The position numbers were made by a program, and so were the translations under genes. This document shows positions 50,818-59,862 of a stretch of 64,000 bases of DNA, in pieces. Source of the DNA: Dehalococcoidia bacterium (GTDB taxonomy: Bacteria; Chloroflexota; Dehalococcoidia; Lucifugimonadales; UBA3495). The notes below the pieces were generated by a model. That model was not told the origin of the DNA. It searched no databases and saw only the letters and a program-made list of their open reading frames with translations. Every line of letters starts with the position of its first letter. Position 1 is the stretch's first letter. Location of the stretch: NCBI GenBank assembly GCA_965232885.1, contig CBDDQX010000002.1, positions 567,868 to 631,867 of the forward strand, written 5' to 3'.

Positions 50818-50840
50818 CAGTCGGCGCCGGCGTCTGCTCC

Positions 50841-50998
50841 TCACTCCACGTACCCCCACGTCCCGCGGGCGGGCCTTGCCGCCGTGGACGGAGGGCTCGG
50901 CGCACCACTTGGCCGCCAGACGGCGCGCGGCGCGGTACACATCCTCGCCGAAGCCCGGCAGGGCGCAGATGACGCGGCGGTCCAGCAGGGCGCGGTTG
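50841..50998 (-). pseudogene. 3'-end fragment (copy 1, ~158 bp) of a large R-M-like gene
   Basis: NRALLDRRVICALPGFGEDVYRAARRLAAKWCAEPSVHGGKARPRD; homologous to 52853-53009. Confidence 0.85.
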
Positions 50999-51107
50999 GG
51001 GTGAACGGTACTGAATCCTGTATCACAGACACCACAGGCTACAAATTCCGGTATCCTGAGGTGTCATTCTAATTGCTCTGTATTAGGAGCTATGGTATTG
51101 TAAACGA

Positions 51108-51917
51108 ATGGACGTTCTACCCGCGTTTATTGACGAGACCGGCGCGCTTAATTCAGCCATCCAAAGGCAGCCTGTTTATGGAATAGGATTGCTTCTGGTC
51201 CGTGATCCTGAAAAGGTTACCGACGGGTTCTACCGGCTGCATTATGACTTCGCTTCCATAAGAGCCGCTCAACGGTCAAAGTTGCGGGAAGAAATTAGGC
51301 AGGGGAACTTGTCGCCAACTCCCGGCGAGTTGGATCGCTTGATGTGGAGCACTCGGCACCACGAGTACAAGTTTACAGATGTAACTCATTATAACCTTCA
51401 GCAGTACCTGAACCTGCTGAATTTGTATTTTTCCTACGACTGATTTGAGTTTCACGCCTTGCTCTTGGATAGAACCCAACCAGAGTTCAGGCTTTCCCGG
51501 TGGGACAACGATTCCTGGCGAGCCTATGTCAAGCTGGGGCGAGAGCTTCTGGAACGGCGGCTCAACAGTCCGGCCTTCGTGTTAGTGGATTTCCAAGAGA
51601 AACCCAACGCTGCCTCCGTTACGGTCGAAAGCGAGTTCTGCGCCGTGAAACAAGTCAAGGGTTGTTTGCGGGCATCGTCGGAAACCCAGGTATTTCTACA
51701 ATTGACCGACGTGTTGCTGGGATGTGTTGCCTTTGACCTGCGGGACAAGAACCACTTCTATGCCCAAGACTCCAAACGGGCCGAAGCCAAACGCAATTTG
51801 GTTTCCTTGATGCGCGAAAAGCTGGCGCTGATGGCTGGTCAGCCGATAGTTACCAGTCAGCAACAGGTTTGGGAAACGATGAAGCCTTTTCCCTTCACCG
51901 TATCCCTGTACCGCTGA
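51108..51917 (+). pseudogene. DUF3800-like protein interrupted by an in-frame UGA at 51441-51443
   Basis: N-terminal FIDETG and C-terminal LQLTDVLLG motifs; the two ORF halves are in the same frame. Confidence 0.75.
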
Positions 51918-51921
51918 AAAG

Positions 51922-51996
51922 GAAAATCCGTGGTTATGTCCGGCGCCCTTCCCGATTATCGGGACAAGCGTGCCTCCGGCCACTCCACAGATTTAC
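51922..51996 (-). ncRNA. Candidate DUF3800-associated structured small RNA
   Basis: Closing stem 51924-33/51985-94 with nested stems; TTGTCA-17-TAATCT promoter immediately upstream; U-rich 3' tail. Confidence 0.6.
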
Positions 51997-52093
51997 ATTG
52001 TCAGATTATCAGAAGTCGGCGGTTGTGACAATAGCAATTTGTCCCAGGGCAATCGCGTCTTAACCGAAGACAACCTTTTTCTGTGCCAGTCAA

Positions 52094-52189
52094 CCGTCAT
52101 TCCCGCGAAAGCGGGAATCCATACTGTCGGGTTTTGGAAAATCCATCCCTCCCTGAAACCGTGGATTCCCGCTTTCGCGGGAATGACGG
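52094..52189. repeat. Inverted REP pair (GTCATTCCCGCGAAAGCGGGAATCC family)
   Basis: Perfect ~28-bp inverted arms. Confidence 0.85.
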
Positions 52190-52295
52190 GTATGGGACGG
52201 CCCTGATATTAAGACGCAATCACCCTGCAATTTGTCCAGAGACAAACGTCTCGGGGTAAGGGCGACGACGCCTATGGTACTGCGCCATCTCCCGG

Positions 52296-52340
52296 CTACT
52301 CCACGTACCCCGCGTCCCGCGGCCGGGCCTTGCCGCCGTG
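52296..52340 (-). repeat. 3'-end fragment (copy 2, 45 bp) of the same R-M-like gene
   Basis: Encodes HGGKARPRDAGYVE*. Confidence 0.8.
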
Positions 52341-52359
52341 CGCCGCCGGCGCATCGTGA

Positions 52360-52557
52360 TCAGACGGAAATTTGCTCGAAGGAGAATCCGGGAATAGTCA
52401 TGCATTCCCGGGCGTGTTCAATGGTTATGGCGCAGAGACGACCGTCGCCGTCCAGATCCAGCAGCGTGTTCTCATTGAGGTCTCTCGTCTCGTCTACCTC
52501 GGCGGGATATAGCTCGATGTACAGAGTGTCCGTACTTTCAAAGTATCTGATTTTCAT
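52360..52557 (-). CDS. DUF2283 domain protein (putative antitoxin)
   Basis: MKIRYFESTDTLYIEL...LDLDGDGRLCAITIEHA. Confidence 0.85.
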   Translation of the reverse strand: MKIRYFESTDTLYIELYPAEVDETRDLNENTLLDLDGDGRLCAITIEHARECMTIPGFSFEQISV

Positions 52558-52786
52558 GGGTTGAAAGACCGGTCAAAGAAAGCGTTATGAACCGTTTGCC
52601 TATCCGGCAACAGAATTACCCTGAGATAACGTCCGTCTCTGAAATCGGTGCCCATAGCCGGCTCCGACCGTCAGCTTGTACTCTTTCCCTAGCCGGACTG
52701 TCAACCACGCGCTCAATCCAATCGAACTCGATAAATGAACGATCAGGACGCTGGCGCATATGCCAAAAGTAATCGGTGAACTCCAT
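52554..52786 (-). pseudogene. Frameshifted putative toxin partnered with DUF2283
   Basis: MEFTDYF...RLWAPISE, then another frame reads DGRYLRVILLPDRQTVHNAFFDRSFNP* with an ATGA overlap into DUF2283. Confidence 0.7.
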
Positions 52787-52852
52787 CTTCGGTTGACGTC
52801 CGCCTCTATTATAGACGCATCAGATCCTATACGCCCGACTCCAGCAACCCCG

Positions 52853-53140
52853 TCACTCCACGTACTCCGCGTCTCGCGGGCGGGCCTTGCCGCCGTGGAC
52901 GGAGGGCTCGGCGCACCACTTGGCCGCCAGGCGGCGCACGCCCCGGTAGACGTCCTCGCCGAAGCCCAGCAGGTCGCAGACCACGCGGCGATCCAGCAGG
53001 GCGCGGTTGACGTCGGCGTCGGCCAGGTAGGCGGGCATCAGGTCCAGCTCGCGGAACTCGTCGAAGATGCGCTCAGCGGTGGCAAGCTGCCCGTCGCTGA
53101 GGGTGCGGAAGTCTAGGATGGGGAGGGTTTCGGCTTGGCG
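52853..53140 (-). pseudogene. 3'-end fragment (copy 3, ~290 bp) of the large R-M-like gene
   Basis: AETLPILDFRTL...NRALLDRRVV...AKWCAEPSVHGGKARPRDAEYVE*. Confidence 0.8.
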
Positions 53141-53160
53141 GATACCTGTGGCTAGGATTG

Positions 53161-54369
53161 CTAGTCCAGCCGTGCAGATACGCAATATTCGAATAATTCC
53201 TTTTTACTGTTTCTCTTTCTTATTGGTCTAGAATTGACCTTGCCAAATCCTTGAGAGCGCAGCGATTCCATATAAAGCTCAGGGGTTGGCACGTGTATTC
53301 CGTAGAATGTGCTGTTGCCGATTATATATTGAACTTCTGCGTTTTCGTTCAAGGCCGGTTTTATGGAAGCAATATGCCGGTCTATGTCATGGAAGTACTT
53401 TTTAACGTAGACCGACAGCAATTCGCAGTTTGGACCGCCGGATTCGCGTATGTTCCGCACAGTGGAATCGAGAGTTGGCATTTGGCAATCGTGGCTTGGC
53501 GACCATTTGGCGAGTCGGCTCGTCGCGATTCCCCAAGTGCCTCCGATGGCCTGCCAATCCAGCTCACCTGCTTCCCTTGGCTCGTCCAAAAATCCCAACC
53601 AAAACATATATGGCCGCAACTCCCGAATGTAGCTGATTCGGTTTGGATAGGGAGGAGATGTGACGATGGCGTCAAAGGAAAATCCCTGGGGCAGTGGTTC
53701 TGAACTGTCCCGCAGATAAACTCTGCCGTCAGGATTTAATGGCACTAGGGCATCGTCGATAAATGATTCAGCAAAAGAAGCAAAGGAGAAAAGAATCTGA
53801 TGCAGAGAATAAGGCTTCGCAGCTTGGTGAAATGACACAGAGACGTGATTGAACGCGGCAGCAGAATGCTCGATAGTTACTCTCGCAAAAGCAACCCAAA
53901 GAGGCGCGAAACAAGAAGATTCCAGCGGTTCTTGAATCAACTCCGACAGGGATGCCCTCAGCTTGGCGAGATTTTCCAGAGTCTCGCTATCCCACCATCT
54001 TTCGATATTGCTAATTTGAGGATACCGTAGTTCATCTCTTGGGACTCTCTGGGCGCGGGCCGTTACTTCCCGAACTGCTTTACGCAATTCTGCTGCCTGC
54101 TCGCAAGTTAACGTTTGCAGCTTGACATTACCAAGCCACACCAGAAATGGGTTGATGTCTAACAGACTGCTGGAATGTCCGTATTCGCCAGCCACAATGC
54201 CTGTGGTCGCGGTGCCAGAGAAAGGGTCAAGTATGTGGCTTCCGTGGTGGAGTTGCTCGATAATCTCCCGAACCAGCTTCACTGAATAGGCCGGAGTAAG
54301 GCGAAGCCAGCCATGACGGCCTAGACGCAGGTTATACTTGAAAGTGTAATCCGCTCGCTGCGTAATCAT
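53161..54369 (-). CDS. Type II amino-DNA methyltransferase (probably N4-cytosine)
   Basis: DPFSGTATT (motif I) before TSPPY (motif IV); visibly lower GC than host genes. Confidence 0.85.
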   Translation of the reverse strand: MITQRADYTFKYNLRLGRHGWLRLTPAYSVKLVREIIEQLHHGSHILDPFSGTATTGIVAGEYGHSSSLLDINPFLVWLGNVKLQTLTCEQAAELRKAVREVTARAQRVPRDELRYPQISNIERWWDSETLENLAKLRASLSELIQEPLESSCFAPLWVAFARVTIEHSAAAFNHVSVSFHQAAKPYSLHQILFSFASFAESFIDDALVPLNPDGRVYLRDSSEPLPQGFSFDAIVTSPPYPNRISYIRELRPYMFWLGFLDEPREAGELDWQAIGGTWGIATSRLAKWSPSHDCQMPTLDSTVRNIRESGGPNCELLSVYVKKYFHDIDRHIASIKPALNENAEVQYIIGNSTFYGIHVPTPELYMESLRSQGFGKVNSRPIRKRNSKKELFEYCVSARLD

Positions 54370-55160
54370 TCCGACCGTAATAGCGCCTCCAATATTTGCT
54401 CAATCTCTGTTCTGATCGCATCGCAGTTCCTCTGGAAGAACCCCGCCAAATCATAGCCGATGACCTCAGCCATAAAATCGTATAGGGATTCACATGGGCC
54501 GTTACCTACGGTTCCAATCAGGATTCCGCAGCGGCTGTTGCGGTAGCGCAGAACTATGTCAGAATCTATCTGCCGGGAAAATACGGCGATTACCGGCAAA
54601 TAACCATGCGACCAAGCGACGGTTGCGTTGTCTATGTCTGCGTTCTGCCGCTTGGAATCTTTGCTCTTGTAGCCCTGACGTACCTCAAAAACTGCACCGT
54701 TGCGTGGAGTTTCAGGGACGCCGAGCTGACCGCAATACTCCCCTATCCAAGAAAGGGTACGATCCGCGACGTCCGGCACGGTTATATCGCTTATACCGAG
54801 CCGCCCGTCCAGAGTTAGAGTTTTCGTCCTCCCTGAAGGGGTCTGGGTAGTATATGACCAACTGGCCGCTTTGGGATCCTGATAGCCCGCCATATCCGCA
54901 AGTATCTGACGTAAAAGTCGCTCGCATCCCAGACCGATTTGGCGGTAAACGGAGGTCATACCCCCGGCTGCCTTGTGGGCAGCATACATTAAGTCTGAGT
55001 TCAACCCAATCCAGGCATAGAACAGGTCGCTGCCGTACATTTCTCGAAAATTCAGCAGTGATACCCCGCCCGCCTGCCTGATAGTCCCAAACTTTGGAAC
55101 GTAGTGTGCGCACTGCCTTACCGGATCGAGAAACATATCGAGGTATTCGAGGTCAGTCAT
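54366..55160 (-). CDS. Putative Type II restriction endonuclease
   Basis: LDG...FEVRQGYKS PD-(D/E)xK-like motif; ATGA-coupled to the MTase. Confidence 0.7.
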   Translation of the reverse strand: MTDLEYLDMFLDPVRQCAHYVPKFGTIRQAGGVSLLNFREMYGSDLFYAWIGLNSDLMYAAHKAAGGMTSVYRQIGLGCERLLRQILADMAGYQDPKAASWSYTTQTPSGRTKTLTLDGRLGISDITVPDVADRTLSWIGEYCGQLGVPETPRNGAVFEVRQGYKSKDSKRQNADIDNATVAWSHGYLPVIAVFSRQIDSDIVLRYRNSRCGILIGTVGNGPCESLYDFMAEVIGYDLAGFFQRNCDAIRTEIEQILEALLRSE

Positions 55161-55284
55161 ACCTTTTCCCAACAATCAGATACTGAAGCCTGAGTTGTGG
55201 CGATAAAGCTCCCATGGTTGCTACGGTAGCGGAATCACAATAATGCGTGCAACGGGCAATTGTCAGCAATTTACCTTCAGCCAT

Positions 55285-55719
55285 TCATTTTCGGAGGGCC
55301 AGATCGGTGACTGAGCCGTCCAGCCAGCCGGATTCCGGGAAGCGGAGGGCCTGGCCCCCCTCAGCGGTGAAGACGCAGTAGCGAAGGGTGGAGTCGCGCA
55401 GGGATGCGGTCAGGTCATCGGCTTCGGATAGGTCTTCGGGATAGCGCAGGGCGATGACGGCTTCGATGGGGCGGGGCTGACCGACCACCTTCAGGCCCAG
55501 CCGTTCCTTCGCTTCCGGCTCGACGGTGTGCGCCGGGTCGTACTCGGCCTCGATGACCACGGGCGAGCGTCCGGGGGCGGTGACCAGGATGTCGGGCTGG
55601 AGTCCGGCGCGGCCCTCGATAACCTGGGTGTTTTCCGGGCGCACGGCAGCCTTGCCCAGCATACCTTGCAGCAGGTTGCCGAGGGCGTTGTTGGCGCTGG
55701 GTTCGGTCTGGTGGGGCAT
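55285..55719 (-). pseudogene. N-terminal remnant of a large Type IIG-like R-M gene
   Basis: QPDILV...IEAE nuclease-like motif; host-like GC ends abruptly at ~55295. Confidence 0.6.
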
Positions 55720-55745
55720 AAGAAACTATCCCCAAACTTCCTCAT

Positions 55746-55826
55746 CATCCTGTATATCCTGTCTATCGATGTTAGAACACACAGGTGATGGTTTAATTAA
55801 CATGGATGGACAGGATATACAGGATA
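55746..55826. repeat. Inverted REP pair (AACATGGATGGACAGGATATACAGGAT family); a single copy also at ~50215
   Basis: 27-nt motif identical at 50215 and 55799; imperfect reverse complement at 55747. Confidence 0.75.
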
Positions 55827-55840
55827 AGGATTGCCCTGCG

Positions 55841-56869
55841 TTACCTCTGCGGTTCGATTACCACCTTGAGGGAGTCGGAAGCGCCGGCGGTTAGCTGGAA
55901 GCCGAGGCCCGTCTCCTCCAGCGGCAGGCGGTGCGAGATCATATCGCCCACCTGCACCCGGCCCGAGGCGATGAGGTCGAGGGCGATAGCAAGGTCGCCC
56001 GGGGCGGCGGCGTAGGTGGTGGTCAAGGTTGCGCCGTTGCGGAAGAAGACATCGTTGATGGACACCGGAATCTCGACGCCCGGCTCGGTGGGAGCGTAGA
56101 ACAACACGGTGCCGTCGCGGTCCACGGAATCGAGGGCCTGCATGAGGGCGGGCCGGGCCCCGGTGGCGACGATGACCAGGTCGGCCAGCAACCCGCCGTT
56201 GACCTCGCGCAGGCGGTCGGGGGTGAACTCATCGGCCCGAAGCGTGGCGTCGGCGCCCAGGCTGCGGGCGGCGGCGAGGCGGAAGTCGGACAGGTCGGTG
56301 GACACGATGCGCCCGGCTCCCAAGGCGCGGGCCAGGTTTATGTGAAGCATACCGGCCAGACCGCTGCCCAGAACCAGCACCGACTGGCCGGGCTGGATGT
56401 TGGCCCGCCGCTGCCCGCGGTAGACGCAGGCCAGCGGCTCGGCCACGGAGGCTTCGTCGAAGGGCACGCCATCGGGGATGGGGAACGCGCCACGGTCGAC
56501 GTTGATGGCGGGCAGGCGAACGTACTCGCAGAAGCCGCCGGGGTCGTAGTTGGTGGCGCGCAAGGTGTCGCAGACGGTGTGATGTCCGCTGAGGCAGTAG
56601 CGGCAGGCGTTGCAGGGGACGTGGTGGGTCACCACCAGGCGGTCGCCCTCGCGGAACTGCGACACGCCGGCTCCCACCTGGGCCACCGACCCGGCGACCT
56701 CATGCCCCAGCACCACGGGAGCGCGCTGGATGCGATACCATTCCATGACGTCGCTGCCGCAGATGCTGCTGGCTTCAATCTTGAGCAGCAGCTCGCCTAG
56801 GCCAACCTCGGGCGTCGGCATCTCCTCGATACGAACGTCGCTGTTGTTGTAATACATCGCTACGCGCAT
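55841..56869 (-). CDS. Zn-dependent alcohol/polyol dehydrogenase
   Basis: ICGSD, GHE, CNACRYC...C, GSGLAG. Confidence 0.9.
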   Translation of the reverse strand: MRVAMYYNNSDVRIEEMPTPEVGLGELLLKIEASSICGSDVMEWYRIQRAPVVLGHEVAGSVAQVGAGVSQFREGDRLVVTHHVPCNACRYCLSGHHTVCDTLRATNYDPGGFCEYVRLPAINVDRGAFPIPDGVPFDEASVAEPLACVYRGQRRANIQPGQSVLVLGSGLAGMLHINLARALGAGRIVSTDLSDFRLAAARSLGADATLRADEFTPDRLREVNGGLLADLVIVATGARPALMQALDSVDRDGTVLFYAPTEPGVEIPVSINDVFFRNGATLTTTYAAAPGDLAIALDLIASGRVQVGDMISHRLPLEETGLGFQLTAGASDSLKVVIEPQR

Positions 56870-56984
56870 GGTGGCCTGCCTTTTCCGTCAGTTTTCAACG
56901 CAGAGAACACAGAGAGGCGCAGAGGACGCAGAGATTGTTGGGACTGTTAAACGCTCTGCGCTCTCTGCCTTAAAATACCCCGCC

Positions 56985-57804
56985 TTAATCTGAAACGCCC
57001 ACCAGCTCGCCGGTCTCGGCGCGGGCGGCATCGAAGATTTCCTTCGCCTCTGCCACCGTGCCGTTACCGTGTACGATGTGTCGCAGGGCGCGAATTGTGG
57101 GTACGGGGTGCGGACTCTGCCAGATGTTGCGGCCCAGGTTGATGCCGATGGCGCCGTTCCGCATCCCGTCATGCACGAACTCCAGCACCTCCAGCTCGGT
57201 GTCGGCCCTGGGGCCGCCGGCCATCACCACCGGCACCGGGCAGCCGTCCACCACGCGGTCAAAGCCGTCGGCGCACCAGTAGGTCTTGACCACTTTTGCG
57301 CCCATCTCGGCGCAGATGCGGCAGGCCATCGCCAGGTAGCGGGAGTCGCGCTGGTCCAGCTCGCGGCCCACGGCGGTCACAGCCATCACCGGAATGCCGT
57401 AGCGCTCGCCCTCGTCCACCAGCTTGCCGAGGTTGAGTATGGACTGCTTCTGGTACTCGGAGCCGATGAACACGGAAATGCCAACGGCGGACACGTTGAG
57501 CCGGACGGCGTCTTCCATGGAGGTAGTCAGGCCCTCATCGGCCAGGTCGCCGGCGGTCATGCTGGTGCCGCCGGATACGCGGAGGATGAGCGGCTTGGTG
57601 TTGGCCGGGTCAACGACAGCGCGGACCACTCCGCGGGTGGCGAACAGGGCATCGGAGTAGGGCAGCAGCGGCGCAATGGTCTCGCCGGGGCCGCTCGAGG
57701 CTGCGCGTGGGGCCTTGAAAGTACCCGTGGTCAATGGGAAGGAACATACACTTCCCGTCGGATTGAATCAGTTGAGCCATGCGGTTGGCCATTCCCCAGT
57801 CCAT
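56985..57804 (-). pseudogene. lsrF: LsrF-like (class I aldolase fold) thiolase/aldolase with a single frameshift
   Basis: MDWGMANRM...IDHGYFQGPT...LERP switches frame at ~57687 to GETIAPLLPY...VKTY...AGGP...GRNIWQ. Confidence 0.8.
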
Positions 57805-57949
57805 GTGTTGCCTCCTGCGCATTGGGCGCGGTTCGAGTTACGTGGTTCGAGCTTATGAGGATATCGCACGCCATTATCGCCGGTACGGGCAGGCCGGGCA
57901 AGGACGGCGGCGCAGAGCAAGCCGCATTCGGATAAAGGCGAAGGTTAAG

Positions 57950-58609
57950 CTACCCTGTGAGCTCCGGCCCGGTGTAGCCGCACTGACCAACCCGAGGCGA
58001 GTTCACCACCGGCAGCAGCATCTCATCGTCGCAAGGGTGGCTGGCAACGCATTCGGCACACAGCAATCCTTCGCCTTCCCAGACGCATTCAGTACATATC
58101 TGATTGGACTCGGACTCACAATGGTTGCAGGTCAGCGCCGGAGGGTCGTTTCGGGCCAGCAGCCGGATTACTCCTGAGTCAACATCACCTCCCCATACTA
58201 CTCGCAGGGACAGTTCCGTCGTATCGCCAAAATCGTACTTGTAGTTGAACTGCATTCCCGGAGAGAGAATCCGGCTCAATTTAACCCTGGAACGCGGAGA
58301 GTATTCCCTGCCCTTGATGAAAAATGCGCTCAGATGCCCGCAACATTCCAGCCAGGTTTCTCTGAGATACCGGTCCAACACACCCAAAGGAGCCTCAGCC
58401 GCAATGTCTATATGCAACCAGTATTCGGGATAGTCACGGCCTTCCACGGCCAGATGGAAGCCCTTCTCGTTGATAGCTTCGCGGGATGCAATGGATCCCC
58501 GATTCGACCGTTCCTTTTCCCGGCAGGACTGCAAATGACTGGACATTCCGGATTTGCTGAAGGACTTGCCACAAAAACCGCACTTGCCTGTAGACTTCAG
58601 CCTTGCCAT
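57950..58609 (-). CDS. pRiA4b ORF-3-like protein with zinc fingers
   Basis: CGFC...H, WLECCGHLSAF, YDFGDTT, NSPRVGQCGY. Confidence 0.7.
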   Translation of the reverse strand: MARLKSTGKCGFCGKSFSKSGMSSHLQSCREKERSNRGSIASREAINEKGFHLAVEGRDYPEYWLHIDIAAEAPLGVLDRYLRETWLECCGHLSAFFIKGREYSPRSRVKLSRILSPGMQFNYKYDFGDTTELSLRVVWGGDVDSGVIRLLARNDPPALTCNHCESESNQICTECVWEGEGLLCAECVASHPCDDEMLLPVVNSPRVGQCGYTGPELTG

Positions 58610-58778
58610 TTTTCACCTCCTCCTCCGTTGGGCGATTATCTCCCTCGGACGGCTGAGCGGGCAAGCCGGAGCCTGGAACGGCATTTGTGAAGACCCTGTT
58701 GTTGATTTCGCCCGGCTGTAACTCCGGCGATTACGGGTTATAATCGCGCCAACAACCCATCGTTGCGGGAGGCTTATC

Positions 58779-59852
58779 ATGGCAGAGATTCTTGGCATCG
58801 GAGTCACTCATTCGCCGTCGCTAATCGCGCCCGACGAGTTGAAGAACTATTCGCTGACCCGCGCGCTGAGGAATGACCGCATCCCCGGCGAGCGGAAGAA
58901 CCCGGAGAACTGGCCCGACGCCATGCGCATGGAGTGGGGCGACGACGAGGGTTACACGTCGGCCTTGTACCAGCGCGAGAAGCTGGTGGCCGGGTTCCGC
59001 AAGGTGCGGGCCGAGCTGGACGCCTTCAATCCCGACGTCGTGCTGGTCTGGGGCGACGACCAGTACGAGAATTTCAAGGAAGACATCATCCCGGCCTTCT
59101 GCGTGATGGCTCACGAAGAGTACGAGTGCCGCCCGTTCACCACCAAGGACGGCGGGACACGGCCCAACGTCTGGGGCGAACCGGCCGACAAGACCTTCCG
59201 CTATAAGGGCCACCCGGCTGCCCGTCACCTGGCCGGAGCGCTGATTGACGACGGTTTCGACGTGGCTTACGCATACAAGCCGCTGCATGAGCCGGGATTG
59301 GGCCATGCCTTCCTGAACACGCTGCTCTATCTGGACTATGACCGCAAGGGCTTCGGCTATCCTGTGATCCCCTTCGCCATCAACTGCTACGGGAGCCGCG
59401 TCATCCGCAACCGGGGTGGCGCCAGTCCCCAGATAGTCAATGGCCCGGATGGAGTCCGGAGAGAAGTGCCCGCCGACCCGCCCGGCCCGTCGCCCAAGCG
59501 GTGCATGGAGCTGGGATCGTCCGCTGCCCGCGCCATGCTGGAAAGTCCCTGGCGCGTGGCGCTGATTGCGTCTTCAAGCTGGTCTCACGCCTTCCTGACC
59601 GAAAAGAACTGGTGGCTGTACTGCGACGTGGAGTCCGACCGTCAGCGCTTCGAGGAGTTCCAGGCGGGCAATTATGAAGCATGGCGAGGGCTGACCACCG
59701 CGCAGGTTGAGGACGCCGGACAGCAGGAGATGCTGAACTGGATGTGCCTTGCCGGAGTGTTGGCCGAACTGGACCGGAAGCCGGAAATCGTGGAGTTTCA
59801 GCAGACATACGTCCACAACTCCAGCAAGTGCCTGGCGCTGGCGAAGCCGTAG
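58779..59852 (+). CDS. Extradiol ring-cleavage dioxygenase (LigB family)
   Basis: THSP, WGDDQYENF, GHAF, SSSWSH, QQE. Confidence 0.8.
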   Translation: MAEILGIGVTHSPSLIAPDELKNYSLTRALRNDRIPGERKNPENWPDAMRMEWGDDEGYTSALYQREKLVAGFRKVRAELDAFNPDVVLVWGDDQYENFKEDIIPAFCVMAHEEYECRPFTTKDGGTRPNVWGEPADKTFRYKGHPAARHLAGALIDDGFDVAYAYKPLHEPGLGHAFLNTLLYLDYDRKGFGYPVIPFAINCYGSRVIRNRGGASPQIVNGPDGVRREVPADPPGPSPKRCMELGSSAARAMLESPWRVALIASSSWSHAFLTEKNWWLYCDVESDRQRFEEFQAGNYEAWRGLTTAQVEDAGQQEMLNWMCLAGVLAELDRKPEIVEFQQTYVHNSSKCLALAKP

Positions 59853-59862
59853 GAGTTGAAGG

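Noticed and set aside
50841..53140. Diversity-generating retroelement TR/VR pair
   Set aside because: Differences between copies are not adenine-specific, are mostly synonymous, and no reverse transcriptase is in the window.
50341..55719. Classical integron or prophage
   Set aside because: No tyrosine recombinase, attC-like sites or phage structural genes were recognised.
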